DNA of 63,829 nt, filler included, from Hyphochytrium catenoides (Eukaryota; Protista; Hyphochytriomycota): the NCBI GenBank assembly GCA_900088475.1. It is 7 parts of 7 records of this genome, joined end to end, with 100 filler letters (N's around TTAATTAATTAA, not from the genome) between each part and the next. Parts side by side here need not be neighbours in the genome. Positions count along the whole stretch, not along the records: positions 1 to 23,448 come from FLMG01003938.1; 6 more parts are not named here. One strand, 5' to 3'. Each line of letters begins with the position of its first letter. The first letter of the stretch is position 1. A model generated the notes under the pieces. That model was not told the origin of the DNA. It searched no databases and was given only the letters and a program-made list of their open reading frames with translations. Positions 1-13,500 of the stretch are shown here, piece by piece. The position numbers and the translations under genes were made by a program.

Positions 1-651
1 AGCCACGGGCCATTTCGATCCCGAGAGTTGAGGCTTGTTGACCCATGGATATATATCTTGCGGCTTCCTCTACTACACCCACCGTCCGTAGGGAGTTCTC
101 TTAGCGAAAGCCACGAAATCCAACTCTTAGCGTCAGGAGGATGGAGATAAATGTTCACTAGATGACTCATGTTTGGTGTTGCAAGGGAAAGCCTTGGCCT
201 GTCTTCTCGCCGCTCGGCTATGACGTGACTCCTCGGAGGGTGCATGCGGCGCTCACTGTGTACTTTAGCTAATCACTTGCAGTACATAGTGTATGAGGAC
301 TCCACCAAGATATTTGACCTGCAGCGTGTGACTGCTGGGGACATTGGTCTGAAGACGAGCTGTGTTGAGAGTGATGAGTGACAAGGAGTATCTCGAGTTC
401 TACAGACAATCTGAGGAAGGAGATCATGAGGACCTCGAAGCGCTTACATTGAGTGATCATCATTTCTTTACTTTCGATAGTTTCTTTACTGCAAGCCCCA
501 CCAACGATAGTTGCAATGACATAGTTTCATTCAGAAAGATTCGCAGCATCTATACGAAGGGTGTGGTGTGGAATAGGGGAGAGCGGTGGAAATCGACAAC
601 AACACAAACTTGATGAAGATACCGGTTGACAGATTGACGAAGCTCTAGATA

Positions 652-702
652 TGAAGCTTGTTCTCTGTGCATCGTGAAGCTTGTTCTCTGTGCATCGTGA
701 AG
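652..702. repeat. 23-bp tandem duplication (TGAAGCTTGTTCTCTGTGCATCG x2.2)
   Basis: Units at 652-674 and 675-697, plus partial TGAAG at 698-702. Confidence 0.9.
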
Positions 703-885
703 GCCAACTGCACAGATAAAGGAGGCTTGGACGTGCGAGGCAGCATTGAGCGCGTCCCCGCCAAAAGAGGTGTTCAGTGAAAGGCCTGAACTAGACTCCC
801 TCGTGGTGACATCCCTAGAGTCGTGTCTATTAGGAGCTAAGGATTGACCTTTGAGTTCACCCTTGCTGGGAGTGGGTCACACAGG

Positions 886-3800
886 ATGCACCTGCTTTCA
901 CTATCTCTCCAGCCGCCCACAGCGATTTCCACTGCAATCTATGGGAGCTTCACGGGTCCCCGGGTAGGCCAATTTGGAAGTACAGGAATGCTGATTAGGA
1001 GTTGGCTAAAGATGATAACTGCCTCAGGTCCAAGAGTTTCTTGTGGCCAGGGGAAAAGTGATAGACCTTATTCGGCCGAATGATGAGGGCGTGCTGCAAA
1101 CTATTTGCTCCGCGCAAACATTCAGTGTTGTCAGGTCTATCCTACCCTTCAGGTAGTGCGATGTACCACTTTTGTTCGAGACACGGTGGGTTGACATTTT
1201 CTTTAGGTTGCCGGGCAGCTCAAAGGACTATGCAGTCATTGGCTCCGACTCTGGAAAGATCTCCATTTTGGAATATAATTCAGATGCTAGCAAGTTTGAA
1301 GTGCGCCACTGTGAGACCTTTGGCAAGACTGGATGCAGGTCAACGACGTTTCATCAACCCTACCAACAACTGTGAATTCTTACAATTTGATTCATTCTCT
1401 AGGCGAATCACACCCGGCCAGTATCTGGCCGCGGATCCGAAAGGCCGAGCCATCATTATCGGAGCCACAGAAAAACAGAAGCTTGTTTATGTCATGAACA
1501 GAGACGCGTCTGCCAGATTGACGATCGCATCGCCCTTGGAGGCTCACAAGTCCAACACTATTACGTACTCAGTCGTTGGACTCGATGTTGGCTTTGATAA
1601 TCCTGTCTTCGCCTGCATTGAAGTTGACTACTCGGATGCTGACAATGATCCTACAGGTGCATCTCTTCCCTATTGCTAGTAGTAAGAACTGAGCCCTAAC
1701 AATAGGCCTCTGTTAGGAGAAGCTTACGCTGAGATCACGAAGACTTTGACATTCTATCGGTTGGATTTGGGCCTTAACCATGTGACACGAGTCAAAGCTA
1801 TGCCAATTCATAGGAAGTCAAACATGCTAATAGGGGTCCCAGGTGGGACAGATGGGCCAGGTACGATGCTCTCTAGGTCCAATCTCTGCTTTCGAGGGTC
1901 ACACTTAGATGTTCAGGCGGAGTCATAATTTGTGCGGAAAACTGGCTCATTTACAAAAATGAGAACCACCCAGAAGTTTGCACCCCTATACCCCGGCGGG
2001 AAGGGTATCCCATGGATAGAGGGCTCCTCATCGTAGCTGCAGCCTCACATAAGCAACAGAATGTCTTCTTCTGCCTGGCTCAGAGCGAGTTGGGCGATGT
2101 CTATATGGTGAATCTTGTTCACGATGGAGAGACAGTAAAAGACCTCAAGGTAGGGGAGAAGTCAAACGTATTGTCAGCTCAGGGTGTGAAGTTCCGTTGT
2201 TCCACATGACACATTCAGGTCAAGTACTTCGACACTTTACCTGTTGCGAACTCCCTCTGCATTACGAAGAAGGGCCTTCTATTCTTAGCTTCAGAGTTTG
2301 GCAGCCACTTCCTCTATCAGGTACGTCGGAATTGGGTAAGAAGGCTCCTTTGACGACCAGGTCCACTGACTCTTCTGCATCGACAAGTTCCGTGATCAAA
2401 TAGAAGAGGAAAAGTTGGTAGAAGCCTCAGCGGTTACCATGGAGGTCGATGATGAGCTGAACGGGGCAACCGCGGCTCCCAGCTTCCAAGTTCGACCGCT
2501 GACAAATCTGCTGGTGGTAGATGAGATGCAGTCTCTAGCACCTATCACCGATATGAAGGTGGCAGATCTCGGAAAGGAGGAAACTCCGCAGATCTATGCG
2601 CTATGTGGGAGGGGACCCCGGTCCGCACTTAAGGTGCTCAGACACGGGTTATCAGTGACACAGGTACTGCTAGCGGTCAAGTTGCTTTCTGGTATGGTTC
2701 ATCTCTCAATCTCGTCGGCCCTCACTGCCTTGCATCTTGCTTCCTCCTCCTCTTTTTACCTCTCTGCTTACTGCAGGTGGCTTTGGCCGGCCTCCCGGGT
2801 CACGCGACCGGTGTTTGGGCTATCAAGAGTTCTAACGCTGACGAATATGACCGCTACATTATAGTCTCCTTTACGAATGCAACTTTAGTCCTCGCGATTG
2901 GGGAGACCGTGGAAGAAGTTCATGATACTGGTTTCGCTGACAAAGTTCAGACACTCATGGTGTCGCTGTTGGATGATAATGCTTTACTCCAAGTGCATAC
3001 CAACGGCATCCGGCACATTCGACCAGATAAACGGATAAATGAGTGGAAGGCACCGGGCAAAAAGGTGATTGAAAAAGCAACAGCCAATGCGAGGCAGGTG
3101 GTAATTTCTCTGGCTGGTGGGGAGGTGATATACTTTGAGTTGGATGACAGCGGGATGCTGGTAGAAAGGATGAGTCAGGAGCTTGGAGTGGAGATTTCCT
3201 GTCTGGACATTGGAGAGGTGCCCGAAGGGCGCCAGCGCTCCCCTTTCCTCGCTGTTGGTGGCTGGGACAACACAGTCAGGTACCGCTTGTATTTAACCAC
3301 CTCTAAACGGTGTGGTCTATGCGACAGCGCAGTCACATGTGGTCCCCTAGGCTTTTCTCCATGGACCCAACCGATATGTTAACCCAACGTAGCACTCAGG
3401 CTTTGCCTGCACCAGCAGAATCGGTAAAGAGATTTGGTGGCCCGCAACAACCTTATTGACGTGACGTCTTTAACATTCTTCCGTTCCTCTCCACCTTGCC
3501 TATCGCACCTTAGGTTCTCTTGGTCGGTATGTCAGCAGATGGTAATGAGCTGGGCACATCTTACCTCAACGTCGGGTTACACAATGGTGTATTACAGAGG
3601 GCAGAGATTGATCCTTCAAGTGGTAATTAAGGCTGCACAAGATGCGTATACGTTGCATTCTTTCATGCAGTCTAACCGTGACCTCCTCTCAAGGAAACCT
3701 TTCTGACACAAGAACCCGATTTTTGGGCTCGAGGCCTGTCAAGCTTTTCAGAGTAAAGGTTCAGGTGAGCAATAGACGCTTATAGATTCACGTCAACAGC

Positions 3801-6800
3801 ATTGTGCATTGTGCATTTGGATGTCTCCTAGTCTCGTTCCGTAAAATTGCAGGCTGTCGTTTAGCCTTCCCTCATGAGCAAAGGTCAATCAGTAGTCGCA
3901 AGTCCGTTGCTCACCTTTCATCGTTTCGAATACTGGTAGGGCCGCAACGGCGTTCTCGCTCTCTCTAGTCGATCGTGGCTAGCCTATAACTATCAAGGGC
4001 GGTATCATATCACCCCGCTCTCGTACGAAAGCTTGGAGTATGCCTCTAATATATCCTCCGAGCCTTGTGAGGAGGGAATGGTTGCAATCAAAGGAGACAC
4101 CCTCCGGATTCTGTCTGTTGACCGTCTGGGCGAGGTATGACATTGAAATGTGGATTTAGATATCCCTGTAAGACTCTCGATGTTCTTTCGATTTAGTCCT
4201 TGGTTTAGACAGTATTACCTCCTTGAACTCTCTGGCATCTGCACTATAACTGGGTCTTTCAATGAGTCCTAGATCAAGTACCTCATACCTTCTGCCCCCG
4301 CAGATATTCAATCAGCAGGTGGTGCCCTTGACTTACACGCCAAGGAAAATGCTCATTCATCCAAACAGCAAGAACCTCATCATTTTAGAGGGAGACCATA
4401 ATGAACTTTCAAAGGAGGAGAAAGCAGCCCTTGATGCCAACACTTCTGAGGTGAAACTTTAGATTGAGCAGCATTGTAAAGCTGTCTGCTTGACTGCTAT
4501 ATGCCCTTATGTACATACGAGGTCTCTCAAAGCACTATATGACCAACAAGTCTCCCGAGCTTCATGTGTATTGAGCTTTCTTGCTTCCCCTCGGCTCACT
4601 CATGCATTAACGGAGACCCTCCTTTCTCAATCAAGATGCAAGTGGATGAAGAGGAACAGGAGCGCGTTCCTACGAGGGGGCCTGTGCCATCTCAGCCGGG
4701 GCGATGGGCCTCCTGCATCCGGATTCTAGACCCAAGGACTGTAAGTTGGAAAGAATCCTTAGAACAAAAACCTAGCAACCCTTGCTGTCCCCTAGCGCTG
4801 GTCTTTTCTCGTTGCGGATTGTATTCCAAATTAATCATTCATCCTCATTGTGTTCGGTGCTATCAGAAAAAAAGATAGCACCAGGTCTTGCTATCTTACA
4901 CTGTCCATATTTACCTACCCTTCATTTTCACCTTGCTTTTAACTAATCACCACTCAAAATATCAACATGTAAACCTGGGGGTACTAATTGCCCAATCCAA
5001 CAGTCAGAGACCGTGGACGTCGCCGACTTAGAAAAGGACGAGCTAGCTGTTAGTGCTACTACTTGTATCTTCCACGACAGAGGAGGAGAGATTTTTTTGG
5101 TTGTGGGCACAGTAAAGGGCATGAAGCTTCACCCCAGGAGTTCAGACGAGGCATCCGTCAAGGTGTACAGGTAGGTTCGCCCCTAATGTTACTTTTCAAC
5201 TGGGGTTTCATGTACTTCTTATGTTTCAGGTTCATTGAGGATGGTCGACGTTTGGTTCTCCTGCACTCGACACCTGTGGAGGACGCTCCCATGGCTCTTT
5301 GCCAGTTCCAAGGGAGGTAGGCCTATCACATTGATAGTTCCTCTTCATAATTCGCTCACAACTTGCCATGCGATGGCCTGCTGAAGGAATGTATCTACTG
5401 GTTTTAGGCGTAGCTAACTGTTCTGTTATTCACGTCTGTTGCTGAACTCTTCTGATACTCATGGTTTGCTGATTAGGTTATTGGTCTCTGTGGGCAAGGC
5501 CTTGCGTATTTATGACCTAGGGAAGAAGAAACTTCTTAGAAAATGCGAGCAAAAGAACTTTCCAACCTGCATCACAGGTAACCTCTTATCTGCCCTCCGA
5601 TCCTATCTCTTGAACCCTTCCTTCTAGGCCTTTCCCCTCTAACGTCCATAAGCACTTCGACAATACGCTTCGTCCATGCTTGTAGGTGTTCCTAACGACC
5701 TTATTGCGGTTACCCTTGTACTCTAGAAGAACTTCTCCCTTGCCTCCAAGTTAGCAAACCTCTATAGGCGCAGTGTAGTGCTGCGCCTGTGTTTCTGAAA
5801 GTCCTCTCTTGCACCACTCTTTCTAGGCCTTCACGCAGCAGGAGACAGAATTTACGTGTCAGACCTCTATGAAAGCGTGCTCTTTGTGAAGTATAAACGT
5901 CACGAGAATCAGCTTGTTATCTTCTCGGATGATAGCAACCCAAGATTAATGACCTGCCTAGCACCACTAGATTATGATACTGTAGCTGGTGCGGACAAGT
6001 TTGGGAATGTCTTCGTCCTGAGGTTACCCCGTGAGGTCGGTGACATGCTCTTTCTCTCACAGCGAGTGTTCCTCTCGCCCTTTCTCCTTTCCTTGCCGTG
6101 CTTCTTGAGCTCAATCTGGTGGTCACTCTCCGTCGTCCCTGTCCTTATTCTCGGATGCCCTCTTATTACTGTTTTGCACGTTTTCCTGGCCTTCCATTGG
6201 TGCATCGAAATACGTCTCGATTCGCATGCTCTTCGCTCCCTATAACTTTCAGACAAAGCCTGGCTATCAGTAGTTCTTCTTTGTTTCGTTCACTATGACT
6301 TAGGCTTGTACCTAAATTCCATCTTTGATGGCATTGGACATCTGGGCTTCTACCATCTGCTTCTGACCATTCGCGCCGTCATTTCATCGCGACATTCACT
6401 TCTGTAGGCCTCTGATGACATCGATAATCCGACGGGCAACCGAATCCTGTGGGATTCTGGCGTTCTGAACGGTGCCCCCATTAAACTTGAGACAATCGTG
6501 CAGTTCTACGCAGGCGAAGTGGTCACCTCCATGAGCAAGACTGCCCTAGTACCTGGAGGATCTGAAGCAATTGTTTTCAGCACTATTATGGGAAGGTAAA
6601 GAACCCGTTTGACCGTCGAGAGCTAGCTCTTGCGTACTATGGTTGAGCCGATTTCTCATTCCGCACCTTGCGCCTGACTCTAGCGGTGCATCCATGGTGA
6701 TCTTTCCACTTGCTTGTTACTATCTATTCTGGTTTCCTCCTTCTCCTCTGCACCTTCCTCTCTTTTGGAACTTCTAAGGGATCTCTCAGAGCTCCCACGC

Positions 6801-7235
6801 TCGACGTTGTCTTATTGACTTAATCTCTTCCTTCTGCAGCATTGGGGCCCTGGTTCCATTCGCCTCTCGTGAAGACCTGGACTTCTTTACCCACCTGGAA
6901 ATGTATATGAGACAGGAATCACCCTCCGTAACAGGCAGGGATCATGTCTCCTTCCGGTCTTACTATATGCCCGTCAAGGTAAGAGTAGCCTATATCTTAA
7001 TCCACGTTCAATAGATCTTGTCACTTAGTGGGTTTAAGCGACACTCTCATTGATCCTTGCCATTACTGATGCCGTGACTCACAAAAGTTCCGTTCAGGAT
7101 GTGGTGGATGGAGATCTTTGCGAACAGTTCATGACCTTGCCGCATGGTAAAGTGAAGGACATTGCGGAAAACCTGGACAGGACCCCAGGAGAGGTGATGA
7201 AGAAACTTGAAGACGTCAGGAATAGGCTCCTTTAG
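886..7235 (+). CDS. SF3B3: Splicing factor 3B subunit 3 (SAP130/Rse1), about 21 GT-AG introns
   Basis: Spliced exons give [91 protein letters not shown] and the C-terminus [10 protein letters not shown]...LEDVRNRLL*. Confidence 0.97.
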
Positions 7236-7362
7236 ATGTTGTGGTGACAGACCTCTAGCAACGGCACCGCCTTCGGGGAGGAGGGCATAAACTTGAGAGA
7301 CCGCCCACGCGATATAAGGCACGGTGTTGGAGGAACTGCAGATAGCAGCAAGCAGCTATAAA

Positions 7363-10069
7363 TCATTCATTGAAGTCATCTGGCGGGATCCTCCCGACAT
7401 CTTCCAGCACAATATATGGCCTATAAGGATAATCATTCACGCTCTCTTTTGTGCTCACGCCGCTTAGCACCAGCACGGTGTCGATTCGAGACTCAACACC
7501 AGCAATTACATCTGTGTCCATCCTAAGAGTGAGGGGAGGAGGATTCTCAGACTAGTGATTTAAACCAAGCACATCAATTGAGACCCTTTGCGGCGCACAT
7601 TATCCCATTCGCAGTTCCGAGTACCTGTCCCCACATATGGCAGCCTCCTCTGTATGCAGCCCTAGCCTCCGTAGAGCTTCGCGCATCATAATTGGGTTAG
7701 GTTTTCCACAGAAATACGCTTTTTTGCCTTGGAAGAGAACAGCATGAAGTCAGGACCTATCTAACTTTACCTCTATGTGCGCATATCTCTTGTCAAAGAT
7801 CGTGTTCTAATCCATAAAAAGTACTCGTACCGGTGGCGGTCTCTATCACCTTTACCCAGGCTCCACACGATGGCTCCACACCTCCATTCTCGACGGGATC
7901 AGCTGGATCCACATTTGCGCTGTTTCAAGAAATATCGGGAAGACTTTAGGTAAGAAGCGTTCTAACAGATCGCAAGCGATTCGAACGACTTTGCGTTTGC
8001 GCTTAGGGAACAGTAAACGGTAACAGTGGGGCAGGAAATTATACAATTCAATAATGAAGAGACATGTGAAGAACAGACAAGAATGCCCCTCATTCGATGG
8101 AGCGTACAAGATCGTGTAGAGCCCTTACCCGATTAGCTTCGCGCCTTTGTACACCAGCTGGGTAGCAATGCGGATCTGATCTGTGGAATAGTTGTCGGAC
8201 TCTCCGACGACGACGTAGTCTGGATTCACCTCAACCTCCTTTACACCGACCGTTGCCAGCGCCTCATGTAGTCCTGGGCCACCAACCACGTACGCTGTGC
8301 AATGCCGAGGTTTCTGACTGATCAGAAAGCTCGCTGTGGCTTGAGCGGCGGTGAATATAGACTGTAAAAGGAGTTCGACAATATGAGGTTGAGACTGAAG
8401 GATGGATGTCATGGTAAATCAAGGCATATGAGATAGCATATGATATCGGAGGGCAGAGAGGAGCCACTGGAGAAGTGGTGAAGAGACGAAGTCTAAGCAC
8501 TGCAAGTTTCTATATAAATAATGCATGAAACAGCAGGATAGGGAACTGATAACGATTCCGTCCGGAAAGTAACATAGAGACACAGACAAATAGTCTGATC
8601 GCCCTTCGCAGCCCTACCGTCTCCGGTACGTCTAATCCCATCTTGTGCAACTTTGCCTGGATCATCTTAGGCGTGGCTTTTGAGTTATTAGTAATAAACA
8701 AGAGCTTCTTATCGCGCGCCCGGACCCAGCAGAGAAATCGCCGTACGCCATCGATGAGCTTTCCTCCTCGGTAAATCACACCGTCCATATCACAGAGGTA
8801 GCCTTTCTTTTCACGAAGTAGAAGCGAACGACTGACAAAATCCTAACGTGAGATCGTCAAAATCGAGGGGATATTGTGAGAACAGACCAGGAGACGCCCA
8901 TAGAAGCAAGGCCATCAGAAGATGGGAGTACTGAATGAAGATGCCCTCCCAAGGGAGCGTTCAAGACTTTATAAGATCTCTTGTCTATGGTTGGGAAGGT
9001 AGCAAAGCGCATGGATGGAGAAGAAGGATATGGCATCACCTCATTCAATAGAAGAAGTTGCACGATCCTCTCGATGTCTGTTTTCTGCGAGCTGGTCTCT
9101 ACCAGGGCCAGGAACTCTTGAAAGTTCAATACCCCGTCTCGATCGATATCCACCAGCCTTATATCCGCCTCCACCTTCTCAACATTATGGCCTATATTGA
9201 AGGCTGAGTAGACCTGCACGCCAGGGGAGTAAGAGAAAGTACCAAGGCGCACACGATTGGTAAATGCCACCGGCACACAAGGTTGGTAAGGGTGAACAGA
9301 GAGAAAGGAAAGGAGTCACCTAGGCGTTTTGGACCTAGCTGGAGCAACTGCAAGTAGACAGGGACTAAGATGAAAGAGAAAAACACTCTCTCACACAAGC
9401 TTGAGCTAAACGTGGACACCTCTTCCCTCTAGCAACAGAAAAATATTCAAGGGGTGCTAAAAACATTAGTGAGCGGAACAAACTCAATCGGACGTCGCAT
9501 GGAAGTGTGAGGCTAGTCAGTATAGAACACTTTCTTTCATGGCAGAGGTGAGGAAGCTCCACATAACAGCCACATAGTTTGAGCGGCAAAGAAACTATTG
9601 CTAGCATGCCAACTTCAGGTTGTACCTTGCCCAAGTCACCAACTGAGATCAGTGCATCTCTGTCAGAGTCTAATACGTCAAATACACGTTCTTTCACTAA
9701 GTCGGTCTCAACTTCGGACAAGGTGGAGATGCTGTCTGCCGAGGAGGCAAGGGACCCCAACATGGACGGGGAAATGAGAGAGACATAGGTGTTGAGATTT
9801 TCAGACTGCTGCTCATAGTAAAGAATATATGGGTTACAAGGAAACCTGAGCGCAGATGGGCGATTTCTCTCAATCTCTTCACGGTCTCCATGATCGACAA
9901 CAGCCGGGGCAGCTTCAACAGCAAGTACACAGCAAGGACTTTCTGGCGTCTGATATTGCGATGGTGCGGCCCAAGGCAGCAAGAAAAGGCGATAGTGAAA
10001 GCTCGCTAGTCAGTCGGAGCCATCCCTCTAGGTGGCTTCATAGACGTACACCTTTTGACAGATGCTCAT
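7363..10069 (-). CDS. NagD-like HAD-IIA phosphatase with N-terminal EF-hand pair (multi-exon; start approximate)
   Basis: HAD motifs [27 protein letters not shown] and GDR/MDTDV...TVLVLSGVS; C-terminus [22 protein letters not shown]-hand-like loops [13 protein letters not shown] and [13 protein letters not shown] lie in upstream exons on the same strand. Confidence 0.85.
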
Positions 10070-10503
10070 TAACCCTCCATCGCCTACCAAGATGTCAGTT
10101 CCATCAGCAAGATGGGAGCTCAGTAGAAAGATCCTTAACTCCGTTAGCGGCTCCAAGTGAAACGGAGGAAGGGTTTAGGGCCCAGAACAAGCCTCAAAGG
10201 TCATGAAGCTTAGGATAGAAGCCTGGGCTCTTGGGCTCAAACCATTGACACGACACGAAGTGGCGGTGATGTAAGGAGTAACGAAGCCTCAAGGACTTTG
10301 CAGAGCGCTCTCTGGCAAACAATGATCTAGAAATTAGATAGCCGCGGGCGCGAGCAAAAAGGAAGCCATTTGCTCTGGTACATAGTCAGCGAGTAGGTGC
10401 GGTGGGTCCATCCTCCGTGGCCAACAGAAGACCAATAATGATCCATTCGTAGATAACAGGCTTGTTATCAAGTGAAGCCCCGTGGGCAGTTTACATTTGA
10501 TGT

Positions 10504-13500
10504 TTACTCTTCATCTCCTAGATCCTGCTGCAAATCGTCGAGCATTGTCTTGATCTCAGCGTAAGTCATTGCGTCTTCACCCTGAGCCTCAACATTTATC
10601 CGCTCTTTCCATTGGTGAAGTCTTCGATACCGCTCCAATAGTGCTTTCACCTTTTCAGCGCTTTCACGGCCATATAACACGTGATTATACTGCAGCCGCC
10701 CGCTCGCTCCGTGATACCTCCGCAGCTGTGCTTCCTTCTTATGGTTTGATGCGCTAATGCTAAATAGAGGAGTTTAGGACGCAAGTGGGATCGTCACATG
10801 AGTTTTGGTGCTTTGTATGGCATAGAGATCAGAAGGGCTGGGTGTTGAACTTGTAATTGCTTCCAGCAAGTTGTGAATGTGTGGGGATAAAGAGATAAAG
10901 AAGAAGCAATCTCGAGGCCGATCAATGTCTCACCTTGCCGCTCTCTGGAAGAATATGATCCTTTCTCTCAATGTTCCAAGGGTTTGTTGAATGCGCTTCA
11001 CCCTTTCTTTTGCCTCTTCCACCTGCGTATGTGTCTTTTCCATATCCTCGATCACCTCCATTTCTTCACGGTTAAAGGTCACAGTGGCTCGAGGGTCACC
11101 TACAGAGAGCAAAGACCGATGTACGGTTTAGAAGGGCCAAGAAAAATGAAGAGTTCAGAGCAGAAGATATCTATGGGAGACTATGTGATAGAGAACGCGA
11201 ACAAAGGCGCATCATGCATCAATGATGTTCGTTCAGCCAACAGGATCGTAGAGGAAACGTCAGAAGAAGAAAGTGCATGCAGAAGGGTGGTTGGGCAGTC
11301 GCTCAAACCTGAGAGTTTGGTGGCTAGTAGTGCAACCCGCATCTGTCGCTCAGCTTCAGGGTCCATGCCTCCATCCTGCTTACTATCTAGTAACTCCTCC
11401 AGACCAACCCCGCCCTCGGGGTCAGAATCGCTTGCATGAAAATCTTTGGGCTTCGCCTGGGGAATGTCTAAGACAGCCTCCTTCTTCTTAAATAGCACGA
11501 CCTGCGAACAATAGATTAGGGTAAATGAGCTCCAGCCTGCCACCGTAACCACAGTACCAACTCCCCGTAGCCGACGCACATAACCCCCCAGTCTAGGTAG
11601 AGAGCTCGCCTCACAGTATACAGTATCACTGATCTTTCACTTATACACCCACGCCCCGTCGCTGCTCCGAGGAGGTTCGGTAGAAAACAGAAAGCCTTTG
11701 CCGCTGAAGCTCTACTTTGTCGATCAAGTGTCTTTCCACCTCCCATGTGATGACAATCCACCTCCTTGCCCCTTTTTCTTAGTAAAGAACTAATAAAGTC
11801 TGATTACTGACATTGGACAGAGCCAACGCTGCAGCCGAGGCCCCAGTCTGCTTTCCTTCCCTCACAAGGCGCTCAAAGTGGGTGATCCGCCTATTTCTAG
11901 CCTCTTCCTCTTGAAGTTCTTTGTCCTTCCAAGGGAGCTCTTTGACAATGTTCAGCAAAAACTCGTTGACTGGGACATCCTTGCCCTCTTCTTCCTTTCT
12001 CCTTTCCTCTCTTAGTTGGTCGTCTGCCTGGACGATTCGCCAGAACTCTTCAAGTTGTACCTTACAGGCAGCCACCTTCCTTGCAAGCCTGCAGATATGA
12101 TAACAAGTCGAGTTGATATGAGATTTCTGCTCGAGATGAGAGAGAAAGGTACAGCGCACAAATAGTATGAGAATAACACTACATCGCTCCAGGATTGCAG
12201 CAAACAATGACAGGCAATATAGAAGTGCTAGAGAAGACAGACACTTTGAGGAGGCATGCTAGTCATCACTAGAGGTAGGAGGCTGACTTACCGCGCATAT
12301 CTAAGCTTTCGCTTCAAGGTTCGAAGAATCACTGTGCCGGCTACTACTCGCCGTTTAGCCTCTTCCTTGGCAAACTCTAAAGGGTGAATACAGATTTAGG
12401 TGAAGGATACCAACAATCTTGCGCTCGGACAGTCTGTACTAACCGCTGGTTCTGAAGTGAGCGAACTTGTAGGCAGTCTCTTGGATCTCCTGATTGTGCT
12501 GATCTATCTTCATTTTTCTAATGCTCCTGCGCCATTCCCTTCGCATCCGGAGCCGCCGAATCCATCGCTGCACCTTTATCGCAGCCGTCTCCCTTGTCGC
12601 AAGGAGGTGAGAATGTAAGCGGCGCGCTAGCGTGCCTGGCACGCATGGGGTCAGTAAGAAAGGTACAGAGATGGGCATCGCATTCAACCATATACATAGA
12701 TTCCCCCTACTTCTGTTGCACGGGGGAGCGCCTTCTCACCACCTTGCCTCAACACCCCTGTAACGCACAAGGATTAAAGATTTCTCAAGTCTTCCTCTCC
12801 AACTTCAAGAAATCCCCCGAATTACAGTCTACTCTTACCTCTAAAGATGGCCTGGAGAGTCAGGATTCCCCTATGGCAGCGGATTCGTGTGGAAGGCGAT
12901 ATCCAACGTTTGTCAGTGAGGCTGTTTCTATACCACTTGACCAACGTAAATGCTGCTGCTCGATGAATCAGCTACAGAGGAGCGCGACAACTTTTAGAAT
13001 CCCAAGTGGCTGATATCCGCAGTAACACTGCTTACTTCTCTCTCCTTTGTCTCTGCTTAACTCCGTTTCACTTCTCCTTGACCCTCGTCTGAATCTAACT
13101 TGCTCGTCATCATCGCTCCTCTGACCTCAACAGATAAACAATTACACCAAAATTTTCTAACCTGATAATTGTGCCAGGCTGTCCGTGAGCGGGCATACTG
13201 ATCCAAAAGTACCCTTTGATATCTCTCTTTATTTTCAAGCTCCGCGTGGAGAGCTCCCAGCCGGCCTAGCCAGCCACGCCAGCAACGCTGAATCAGTGTA
13301 GCCGACTGTATCCGCTGATGGGCTCTTGCCAGTGCCTCGGCCTGGATTATTGCGAGCCTGGAAATGGTAGCACGGAGCAGTGATAATGTGAAATGAACTG
13401 ATTATGCATGGTAGAGGGTTGTGCAGCAAGAAGAGATATAACAAGGGCTAGTGTGGATTCTATCCCCAGACAGAAACTGCCAAGACCGTCTTAAAAGCGG

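Noticed and set aside
280-613. Coding-like segment with an apparent internal TGA (possible readthrough or alternative genetic code)
   Set aside because: The two pieces are in different frames and no family was recognised. The conserved exons I translated elsewhere read in the standard code.
964-7097. Introner-like repeated introns in SF3B3
   Set aside because: The introns compared share no visible sequence, terminal inverted repeats or target-site duplications.
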